Below are positions 1 to 7,532 of a stretch of DNA of 64,000 nt, in pieces. The notes under the pieces are model-generated. The model was not told where the DNA came from, did no database searches, and saw only the letters and a list, made by a program, of their open reading frames with translations. Numbering within the stretch: the stretch's first letter is position 1; every line of letters begins with the position of its first letter. This DNA is from Streptosporangiaceae bacterium (GTDB lineage Bacteria > Actinomycetota > Actinomycetes > Streptosporangiales > Streptosporangiaceae), in assembly GCA_035606435.1 (NCBI GenBank), contig DATNFM010000054.1:3413-67412 (forward strand). The letters run 5' to 3'. The position numbers and the translations under genes were made by a program.

Positions 1-7
1 TGAAAAT

Positions 8-52
8 GTGACGTGAGTGACGTGAGTGACGTGAGTGACGTGTGTGAGTGAG
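8..52. repeat. Tandem 9-mer GTGAGTGAC, three perfect units (13..39) with degenerate flanks
   Basis: Read directly: gtgac gtgagtgac gtgagtgac gtgagtgac gtgtgtgagtgag. Confidence 0.8.
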
Positions 53-68
53 CCGCGAGTTGGCCTGA

Positions 69-123
69 CCCGGTGAATCTGCATATTCACCGTCCGGAAT
101 CCCGGTGAATCTGCATATTCACC
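69..123. promoter_or_regulatory. Two direct copies (32-bp period) of CCCGGTGAATCTGCATATTCACC, each holding the inverted repeat GGTGAAT-N6-ATTCACC; operator-like
   Basis: Identical 23-nt units at 69..91 and 101..123; 7-bp perfect inverted arms in each. Confidence 0.45.
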
Positions 124-307
124 CGGACCTCAAGATCATCAATCTGGGACGCATCGCGGGGAGTTGCCGTTGGACGAAGACTTTGCCGCGCAAAATCGCG
201 AAAATGCGCGGCAACTCTCCCTGATCCGAAAAGTTTTCGCCAAAATTCGGGCGGGCAGCCCCGTCAAGCGTGATCGCGAAGACTTTGCGGGCGGCCCGCC
301 GCCGTCC

Positions 308-412
308 GCGCCCGATCAGCCCGCACCCGACACCCCCGCGCCCGATCAGCCCGCACCCGATCAGCCCGCACCCGACGCCCCCGCGCCCGATCAGCCCGCA
401 TCCGACGCACCC
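308..412. repeat. Imperfect tandem array of about 15-bp units (CCCGATCAGCCCGCA / CCCGACRCCCCCGCG); would encode PAPDQ/PAPDT repeats
   Basis: Visible periodicity. It lies just 3' of the uraD-like gene inside two mutually antisense ORFs (164..589 +, 119..505 -), neither convincing. Confidence 0.75.
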
Positions 413-429
413 GGACTCGATGCTCCCAC

Positions 430-951
430 TCACGGCTGGGCCCCGAGCAGCTTGCGGAGCCTGAGCTGGTTGATCTTCGCGAGTTCGGCGGCGACGATCT
501 TCCACTCGGTGTCGCGATCATTGCCGAGCCGCCCGCGCAGGATCGCCAGCAACTCCTCGCCGCTCTTCCCGGTCGCGCAGACCATATAAATGTGCCCGAA
601 CCGCCGCTCGTACTCCGCATTCCCGTCCGCTAGCGCCGCCGCCAGTTCCGCGTCGGCGGCGGAAACCCCGGCCTGCTCCTGCCGCGACCAGCCGGCCGAC
701 GCCGCCATCCGGTCCCCGATCCTTGGATGGCCCGCCAGCGCCTCCTCCAGATCGGCAGCGGTCAGCGCGGCGACCGCCGCATCGGAAGCCGCGAGCAGAG
801 CCCGCACCGACTCGTAGGGCCGCGCCGCAACCAGCGCATCGATCCACCGGCCGGCCTTGCAACAGCCAGCGAACTCCCGCCCGGCCGCATCGGCCGGCAG
901 ATCGTTCAGCTCGGCAACAGACAACTGACTAAGCGCGGTCACGCAGGCCAT
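430..951 (-). CDS. uraD: 2-oxo-4-hydroxy-4-carboxy-5-ureidoimidazoline (OHCU) decarboxylase
   Basis: ORF 430..1074(-). HPRIG motif and family-like sequence (LEEALAGHPRIGDR, FGHIYMVCATGKSGEELL). Start moved to the internal Met (MACVTALSQ), giving about 173 aa as is typical for the family. Confidence 0.8.
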   Translation of the reverse strand: MACVTALSQLSVAELNDLPADAAGREFAGCCKAGRWIDALVAARPYESVRALLAASDAAVAALTAADLEEALAGHPRIGDRMAASAGWSRQEQAGVSAADAELAAALADGNAEYERRFGHIYMVCATGKSGEELLAILRGRLGNDRDTEWKIVAAELAKINQLRLRKLLGAQP

Positions 952-1072
952 GATCTCAAGATCCTGCCCACCGCGGTAGCCATGACTCAGCGAGCCTCCG
1001 CCGACCCTCGCCGGCGAGCGGACAAGCCAGCATTCCTGGATAGACCCGCTCTCTTCACGCCCGCTAGACGCC

Positions 1073-1224
1073 ACTTACCACCCCTTGCGCGGACTACCCA
1101 CCGGTTGCGCTGTCACGAACCGACCCAAAAACGACATAACGACAGCGCAACGGGTGGTAAGTCGGCGCAACGGGTTGTAAGTCAGCGCAACGGGTGGTAA
1201 GTGGGCCCCGAACGGGTTGGAAGT
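1073..1224. repeat. 20-bp-period array of an 18-mer (GCGCAACGGGTGGTAAGT): two inverted copies, a 34-bp spacer, three direct copies plus one degenerate
   Basis: Inverted copies 1073..1090 and 1093..1110; direct copies 1145..1162, 1165..1182, 1185..1202; degenerate 1207..1224. Upstream of the uraD-like gene. Confidence 0.8.
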
Positions 1225-1228
1225 GGCG

Positions 1229-2116
1229 TCAGGCGGGCGGCAAACGCCAGCCGCGAGGCGGTCTGGGCGGTCCCGGATGACCGTCGCCACCCGGCGCCGG
1301 TGCCGATTTCAGTTCGTCGTCGGGGTCGGCGGTGTCGCGCAGCCACATGATCAGCGAGAAATACACCACCGGGATGAAGAACAGGCCGGGGATGGCCCAC
1401 AGCACGACAGCGGCGATCTCCTGATCTGCGACTACCCCGAGTCCGTTCCTGGGCCGGTGCCCAAGCGCGGTGAACCAGGTCGCGTGGCTGAACCCCATGA
1501 TGTAAGCGGTCGCCCAGATCGTCCACATCGGCACGGCGGCGAACGCCGCCCGCAGCGGCCGGTTCATGCGAGGCAGCAGCGGCGGCGACTCGACCAGTTC
1601 GAGCCAGAGGGCGACGCCGACGGCCAGCAGCGTGATGGCCTCGACGACGGTCAGTACCGGCTTGGTGACCAAGGCGTTGACCGCCAGCGGCAGCCGCCAG
1701 AAGATCGCCAGCGCGAGGAAGCCGAGAAGAATCACCGCGCACCGGACCGCACTGGGCCGACGGTGCGATCGGGCGACGGCGACCCGGTCGACCAGCCTCA
1801 TCGTGACCGCGACCGGCTCACCACCCGGCCTGGCAGTGCCCCCACCCCCGTCAGCGACCCCGCCCTCGTCAGCGACCCGGCCCTTGGCAGCGACCCGGCC
1901 GCCGAGTCGCCAGGGCGCACCGAGCACCACCAGCGCGGGCACTGCCGTCGCTAGCACGGCGAACTGCACCGCCTGGGCGAACACGTAGCGCCTGGCCTCG
2001 GCGCCAACCGGAGGCAACAGCACAACCAGCGCGAGCACGCCGCCAAGCGCGCCGAACCACGGCCGCCAGTGCCAACGCCCCAGTCGGCGCTCCAGTCGGC
2101 GCTCCAGTCGGCTCAC
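1229..2116 (-). CDS. Polytopic membrane protein, possibly a CtaG-type cytochrome c oxidase assembly factor
   Basis: 295-aa ORF with several hydrophobic spans. Segments PALVVLGAPW and LWLELVESPPLLPR resemble the Caa3_CtaG family. The 5' end carries a 12-bp tandem (RLER repeats, 2081..2112). Confidence 0.5.
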   Translation of the reverse strand: MSRLERRLERRLGRWHWRPWFGALGGVLALVVLLPPVGAEARRYVFAQAVQFAVLATAVPALVVLGAPWRLGGRVAAKGRVADEGGVADGGGGTARPGGEPVAVTMRLVDRVAVARSHRRPSAVRCAVILLGFLALAIFWRLPLAVNALVTKPVLTVVEAITLLAVGVALWLELVESPPLLPRMNRPLRAAFAAVPMWTIWATAYIMGFSHATWFTALGHRPRNGLGVVADQEIAAVVLWAIPGLFFIPVVYFSLIMWLRDTADPDDELKSAPAPGGDGHPGPPRPPRGWRLPPA

Positions 2117-2233
2117 CGGACACCTGCAATCTGCGGGTCTGGCCGGCCGTGCCCGGCCGGTCTACCGGGACTGTCCTACGCAACACAGCCGGTAGTCAAG
2201 TGGGCGGTAAGGCCTTGGGTGGAAGATGGACCA

Positions 2234-3304
2234 ATGCAGCTACCTGTGATGCCGCCTGTCGCTCCGATGCTGGCCAAGTCCGTGGCCAAGATCCCGGGCG
2301 GCGCGATGAGCTACGAGCCGAAGTGGGACGGCTTCAGGTCGATCATCTTCCGCGACGGCGACGAGGTCGAAATCGGCAGCCGGAATGAGCGGCCGATGAC
2401 GAGGTACTTCCCCGAGATCGTCGCGGCCGTGCTGGAGAGCTTTCCCGAGCGGTGCGTGATCGACGGCGAGATCGTCATCCCGGACGGCGAAGGCCGGAAG
2501 CTGGATTTCGAGGCGCTGCTGCAGCGGATCCATCCCGCCGACAGCCGGGTCAGGCTGCTCGCCGAGCAGACTCCGGCTTCTTTCGTCGGCTTCGACCTGC
2601 TGTCGGTTGGCGACGAGGATTACTCTGAGCGACCGTTCGCCGAGCGCAGGGCTGCGCTGGAGCAGGCGCTGGCCAAGGCCAGGCCACCGGTCTACCTGAC
2701 GCCGACGACCACCGACTCCGGGCTGGCCGAGGTCTGGTTCAGCCAGTTCGAGGGCGCGGGCCTCGACGGGATCATCGCCAAGCCGCTGGAGGGGATCTAC
2801 GAACCCGACAAGCGCGCGATGTTCAAGATCAAGCACGAGCGGACGGCGGACTGCGTGGTCGCCGGGTACCGGGTGCACAAAGCCGCCGAGGACGCGATCG
2901 GCTCGCTTTTGCTCGGCCTGTATAACGAGGCCGGTAATCTCGCGAGCATCGGCGTGATCGGAGCTTTCTCCATGGAAAAAAGAAAAGAGCTCTTCGTCGA
3001 GTTCCAGCCTCTGGTGACGACCTTCGAGGGCCACCCATGGAATTGGGCGGCGCAGGCGGAGCAGCAGGCCCGCAATCCGCGGGCGGCCGAGCACAGCCGA
3101 TGGAACGCGGGCAAGGACCTGTCGTTCGTGCCGCTGCGGCCAGAACGGGTCGTCGAAGTCAGGTATGACCACATGGAGGGCACCAGGTTCCGGCATACCG
3201 CGCAGTTCGTGCGCTGGCGCCCAGACCGGGAGCCGACCTCGTGTGGTTTCGAGCAGCTCGAGGAACCCGTGAGTTTCAACCTGGCCGATATCCTCGCGGG
3301 CTGA
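2234..3304 (+). CDS. ligC: ATP-dependent DNA ligase, single-domain LigC type
   Basis: Adenylation motif I KWDG (SYEPKWDGFR); 356 aa from MQLPVMPPVAPMLAK. The upstream part of ORF 2069..3304 overlaps the neighbouring gene and was discarded. Confidence 0.85.
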   Translation: MQLPVMPPVAPMLAKSVAKIPGGAMSYEPKWDGFRSIIFRDGDEVEIGSRNERPMTRYFPEIVAAVLESFPERCVIDGEIVIPDGEGRKLDFEALLQRIHPADSRVRLLAEQTPASFVGFDLLSVGDEDYSERPFAERRAALEQALAKARPPVYLTPTTTDSGLAEVWFSQFEGAGLDGIIAKPLEGIYEPDKRAMFKIKHERTADCVVAGYRVHKAAEDAIGSLLLGLYNEAGNLASIGVIGAFSMEKRKELFVEFQPLVTTFEGHPWNWAAQAEQQARNPRAAEHSRWNAGKDLSFVPLRPERVVEVRYDHMEGTRFRHTAQFVRWRPDREPTSCGFEQLEEPVSFNLADILAG

Positions 3305-3338
3305 CCTACGCACCGGATTAACCAGGCAGACTGGCTTC

Positions 3339-4430
3339 ATGGACTTGCGAGGGGTCGGGAGAATTAACGGCGGCCTGATTGCGGCGGTGGCCTTGCTGGT
3401 CGCTGGCTGTGCCTCTTTCGGCACGCATCCGGCCTCGCGCGGGCAGGGGCAGCGCCAAGAGCAGGGGCCGACGACGGTGAGCCATCCATCGGCCACGCCC
3501 ACCCCGTCAAAGAACCTGCTGCCGGTCGGGGGCTCGGATCGGCTGATCGGAGTCGCCGGCAGCTACTGGGTTGGCTCGTCGGTGTTCACGATCACCGAGC
3601 CCGCGCACACCAACGTCGCTGGTACTGCCATTCCGGCCCGGCAATTGCTGATGGAGATCAGGTATCCGCTGGCCGGAGCACCGTCAAAGACGAAGCAGCC
3701 TGCGCACGGACCATTGCCGATGATCGTGTTCGCGCCTGGGTTCATGCAGTGCGGCCTGCACTACTTCGACATGCTGAAGTACTGGGCGACCGCCGGGTAC
3801 GTGGTCGCGGTCGTGAACTTCCCGAAGTCGGACTGCAAGGTTGGCAACGCGGCGACCGAGTCCGACATGATCAACCAGCCGTATGACGTGTCGTATGCGA
3901 TCACCAAGCTGCTGGCGATGAGCAAGGCCAAGCGCGGCCTGTTCGCCGGGCTGATCGCCCCCGGCAAGATCGGGATCGCCGGCCAGTCCGACGGCGGCGA
4001 CACGGTCGCGGCTGTTGCCGCCAGCACCTGCTGCATCGATCGCCGGGTCAAGGCGGTGGTGGTCGAGTCTGGCTCGGAGTGGCCGCCGATGCCCGGCAGA
4101 TACTTCTCCAGGACCCCAGGTCCGATCCTGTTTACCCAGGGCAGCGCGGACGTCATCAACCCGCCCGGCTGCAGCGTGCAGATGTGGCGGGATGACCGGA
4201 ACAAGACCCGGTTCTACCTCGACCTGTTCGGTGCCAGCCACACCGAGCCGTACTGGGGCATCAACCGCTGGGAGAAGATCACTGTGCGGGTCACGCTCGC
4301 CTTCTTCGACCGCTACGTCCTGCGCCAGGCCGGCCAGGGCGCCGTGATGTCGAAGCAGGGAAACAAGCCGCACCTAGCCGCGCTCTACCGGGCCGGCGGC
4401 GGCAACCTGGCGCTCACGCCGTGCACCTAA
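3339..4430 (+). CDS. Secreted lipoprotein, alpha/beta hydrolase (lipase/esterase-like)
   Basis: Lipobox LLVAGC; nucleophile elbow GQSDGG (GxSxG); 363 aa. Confidence 0.7.
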   Translation: MDLRGVGRINGGLIAAVALLVAGCASFGTHPASRGQGQRQEQGPTTVSHPSATPTPSKNLLPVGGSDRLIGVAGSYWVGSSVFTITEPAHTNVAGTAIPARQLLMEIRYPLAGAPSKTKQPAHGPLPMIVFAPGFMQCGLHYFDMLKYWATAGYVVAVVNFPKSDCKVGNAATESDMINQPYDVSYAITKLLAMSKAKRGLFAGLIAPGKIGIAGQSDGGDTVAAVAASTCCIDRRVKAVVVESGSEWPPMPGRYFSRTPGPILFTQGSADVINPPGCSVQMWRDDRNKTRFYLDLFGASHTEPYWGINRWEKITVRVTLAFFDRYVLRQAGQGAVMSKQGNKPHLAALYRAGGGNLALTPCT

Positions 4431-4431
4431 G

Positions 4432-5160
4432 TTGCTCACCAGGAGGGGGAACGTCTTGCTTCCAATGCCAGAAGACTGGAACTGCGCCGTCGCCGTCGCC
4501 GCCCATCCCGACGACCTTGAGTACGGGGCCGCGTCCGCGATCGCGCGGTGGACCAGGCAGGGCAAGAAGGTGACCTACCTGCTCGCCACCAGGGGCGAGG
4601 CCGGCATCGCGGGAATGGCGCCCGCCCAGGTCGGGCCGTTGCGAGTGGCCGAAGAGCAGGCGAGCGCGGCCGTCGTCGGGGTGAGCGACGTGCAGTTCCT
4701 CGACTTCGCCGACGGCCTGGTGGAGTACGGTATCCCGCTGCGGCGCGAACTCGCGGCCGCTTTCCGCCGTGCACGCCCCGACGTGGTGCTCACGTTGAGC
4801 TTCGACCTCACCTGGGGCGAGGAAGGGCCGGTCAACCACGCCGACCACCGCGCGATCGGGCTGGCCGTGCTCGACGCCTGCCGGGACGCCGCGAACGAGT
4901 GGGTGTTCACCGACGCCGGTCCGGCCTGTCCGCCGATCGGTTCCGCCTACGTGATCGGCAGCAGCGACCCGACGCACTTCGTCGATGTCACCGGCACGAT
5001 CGACTCCGGAGTTGCCTCGCTCCGCGAGCACAAGGCCTACATCGATGGCCTGGGACGCGAGTTCGACCCTGACCAGTTCCTGCGGGATATGGCCGGCTAC
5101 GTCGGGCTCGGCGCCGGCTGCGATTACGCCGTCGGCATGCGCCGGTACAACACCGGCTGA
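4432..5160 (+). CDS. PIG-L/LmbE family deacetylase
   Basis: AHPDDLEYG and HADHRA motifs. The start is more likely TTG 4456 or ATG 4465, downstream of a strong AGGAGG at 4441..4446. Confidence 0.8.
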   Translation: MLTRRGNVLLPMPEDWNCAVAVAAHPDDLEYGAASAIARWTRQGKKVTYLLATRGEAGIAGMAPAQVGPLRVAEEQASAAVVGVSDVQFLDFADGLVEYGIPLRRELAAAFRRARPDVVLTLSFDLTWGEEGPVNHADHRAIGLAVLDACRDAANEWVFTDAGPACPPIGSAYVIGSSDPTHFVDVTGTIDSGVASLREHKAYIDGLGREFDPDQFLRDMAGYVGLGAGCDYAVGMRRYNTG

Positions 5161-5345
5161 GGAGAGCTGAGGCCGGGGTGACCAGCCCGGCACCTGGCCG
5201 GCCTCACGGCCCGGCGCCAAAGCCACCGTAATTTTTTATGCATAAAAATTTGTGTCCGTTGAATCGGTGCGATCCAGATCACGCCGCGTGACAGACTGGG
5301 CAGACGTTCGGTTCCAGGCATGGGCATGAGCAAACGGGGCGGATC

Positions 5346-6068
5346 TTGAACCCGATCTGGGTCGTGATCGGAGCGGCAGCCGGTCTTGTCGCGGGGTTAG
5401 CGCTGCGCGGCGAGGTCGTCAGGCTGTCGGTGCCCGCCGGCGAGCCTGAGGAGACCTCGTGCGGCCGGTGCGCCACTCCCCTGCCGCACCGGCCAGCGCT
5501 GCGCTGCGGGCACTGCGGCCAGTGGCTCGGTCCGCCGCTGGCGATCGAGTTGGTGAGCGCCTCGGTCGTTGGCTTGCTCCTGGCCAGGCTCGGCGGCCAG
5601 CCAGCGGTCGCGGCTTTCGCCTACCTGGCAGTGGTAGGAGTCGCGCTCAGCCAGGTCGACAACGCGGTTCAGCGACTGCCTGACCGCCTGACCTTACCGG
5701 CCTATCCGGCGCTGATCTTGCTGCTCGCCGCTGCCGCCGCGATCACCGCTGACTGGAGCGCGTTCGTCCGCGCGGTGCTTGGCGGGCTGGCTACCGCGGG
5801 TGGCTACCTCGCCCTCTGGCTAGTGAGCGCAGGCCAGGTTGGGGGCGGCGATATCAAGCTGGCCGGCCTCATTGGCCTGGTGCTCGGCTGGCTGAGCTGG
5901 CATACGCTGCTCGCCGGGGCGTTCGCCGGATTCTTCCTGGCGGCGCTGGTCAGTGCCGGGCTCCTGGTAGCCAGACGGATCTCCCGGCATTCGCGGATCA
6001 GCTTCGGTCCCTACCTGCTCGGCGGTGCGCTGCTGGCGACGGTCGCCAGCAGCGCCGCTCCGCATTAA
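5346..6068 (+). CDS. Prepilin peptidase (A24 family)
   Basis: GGGDIKLAGLIGLVLGW motif; N-terminal CxxC...CxxC; polytopic; 240 aa. Confidence 0.8.
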   Translation: MNPIWVVIGAAAGLVAGLALRGEVVRLSVPAGEPEETSCGRCATPLPHRPALRCGHCGQWLGPPLAIELVSASVVGLLLARLGGQPAVAAFAYLAVVGVALSQVDNAVQRLPDRLTLPAYPALILLLAAAAAITADWSAFVRAVLGGLATAGGYLALWLVSAGQVGGGDIKLAGLIGLVLGWLSWHTLLAGAFAGFFLAALVSAGLLVARRISRHSRISFGPYLLGGALLATVASSAAPH

Positions 6069-6110
6069 AGCTTTCTGACTAGACGATCAGCTCGCCGTCG
6101 ATCCGGGTCG

Positions 6111-6926
6111 TCACGGCCTGCGGCCGACACCGCCATAGAGGTCGGCAGGGTCGTCGTATTCCGGTGGCTCCGGTGCCCGCCATTCGCAGGTGCAAGCCAG
6201 CCCAGGTTCGGCTAGCTCAAATCCTTCAAAATATGCGGCTATCGCGCTCTTCGACCTAGTCACCATCGGCGAGGAGGCGCGCTTGTACATCTTTTCAGCC
6301 CGCGCCGATTCTTCGGGCTTGGCATCGTGATGAGCGGTGGTCAAGATCAGATAGCTGCCAGAGGGCATGGCGCCGGAGAACGCACGGACGATTCCGATCG
6401 GGTCCTCGTCATCGGTAATGAAGTGCAAGATAGCGGCGAGCAGCACCACGAACGGCTTGGTGAGATCAAGCAGTCCCTGTTCGCGCACATCGGCCAGGAT
6501 CTTGCCGGGCTCGCGCACGTCGCCGTACATCGCGACCACGCCCTCGCTCGTCGCCAGCAACGCATTGGCGTGCGCCAGCGCGATCGCGTCGTTGTCGACG
6601 TAGACCACGGCAGCCTCCGGATGCACCCGGCGGGCCACCTCGTGCACGTTCTCCATGGTCGGCAGGCCACTGCCGATATCGAGGAACTGGGTTATCCCCT
6701 GCTCCGCGCAGTACGTGACCGCGCGGCCGATAAACGCCCGATTCTGGCGGGAGATCCAGACGCTGTCGGGAAACGCCGCCTTCAGCTCATCGCCGAGTTG
6801 CCGGTCGACTGCGAAGTTGTCCTTGCCTCCGAGCAGGTAGTCGTAGACCCTGGCGACGCTGGCGATTCCGGTATCGAGGACAGCTCCGCCCTCATAGCCG
6901 GTGTTACTGCTCACGAGAGCGAGCAT
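6111..6926 (-). CDS. SAM-dependent methyltransferase (actinomycete Methyltransf_19/DUF574 type)
   Basis: ARVYDYLLGGKDNFAVDR signature; FLDIGSGLPT SAM motif. Confidence 0.75.
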   Translation of the reverse strand: MLALVSSNTGYEGGAVLDTGIASVARVYDYLLGGKDNFAVDRQLGDELKAAFPDSVWISRQNRAFIGRAVTYCAEQGITQFLDIGSGLPTMENVHEVARRVHPEAAVVYVDNDAIALAHANALLATSEGVVAMYGDVREPGKILADVREQGLLDLTKPFVVLLAAILHFITDDEDPIGIVRAFSGAMPSGSYLILTTAHHDAKPEESARAEKMYKRASSPMVTRSKSAIAAYFEGFELAEPGLACTCEWRAPEPPEYDDPADLYGGVGRRP

Positions 6927-7149
6927 ATCGGAGAAAACGGTCTTCAGTTCGCCGGATCCTACCGATCGGTAACCACGGTGCTGACCAGGTAAGACACTCC
7001 GGCCTAAGGCTTGCTCAGGCCGAGCAGCTTGCCTAAGCCGTCGGCTAGGGCCAGAGATAAGGCATACGCCCGATGCGGCGGCGGGGGTCTTACGACGAAC
7101 CTGGATATTGCCGGACCGAGACTGGCCCGGCAGTACTCAGGAGGTTGCA

Positions 7150-7362
7150 ATGCATCCGGAATTGGCCCACCAGCTGGCCGTCCAGCATGTCAACGACATG
7201 CGGGCATCAGCGGCTGCGGCGCGGCGTGCCCGGCAGGCACGCCGCGCCCGGCGCGGCCCGAGCCCGGTCATCACCAGTGCTCGCCCGCCGCAGCCGTGCC
7301 CGCAGCCACCCTGCACCGACTTCCCCGCTACCCGTCAGCCGCTTTCGGCCAAGGCCGCCTGA
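7150..7362 (+). CDS. Small Arg/Ala-rich hypothetical protein (70 aa)
   Basis: ATG 7150 preceded by AGGAGG (7138..7143); MHPELAHQLAVQHVNDMRASAAAARRARQARRAR. Weak call. Confidence 0.35.
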   Translation: MHPELAHQLAVQHVNDMRASAAAARRARQARRARRGPSPVITSARPPQPCPQPPCTDFPATRQPLSAKAA

Positions 7363-7412
7363 CAACGGACCTGGCCGCTCGCCGAAGGGGCGCGAGCGCA
7401 GGCGAAGCCGGA

Positions 7413-7477
7413 GGCGCGGTGCCGTCTGGACTGACGAGCGCAGTTTGCGAGGAGGGAAGACGGCGCCTAAGAGCGCC
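7413..7477. repeat. Third copy of the left arm of the long structured repeat (GGCGCGGTGCCGYCTGGACTGACGAGCGCAGTTTGCGAGGAGGGAAGRCGGCGCCTAAG.GCGCC)
   Basis: Near-identical to 55333..55396 and to the reverse complement of 54545..54617. Sits just 3' of the LuxR gene stop (7533). Confidence 0.8.
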
Positions 7478-7532
7478 GGAGGCTCTCGCCAAAGGCGCGC
7501 AGCGCCGGAGGCGACAAGCTGACACAGCTAAC

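Noticed and set aside
164-589. 141-aa ORF containing the PAPDQ repeat as a real gene
   Set aside because: It overlaps the well-supported uraD-like gene by about 160 nt at its 3' end. Its C-terminal part is the antisense translation of uraD. It has no domain and no clear RBS.
1073-1224. The 20-bp-period arrays here and at 12236..12384 as CRISPR arrays
   Set aside because: The units abut with only 2-6 nt between them, so there are no unique spacers. There are only 3-4 direct copies plus inverted copies, and no cas genes.
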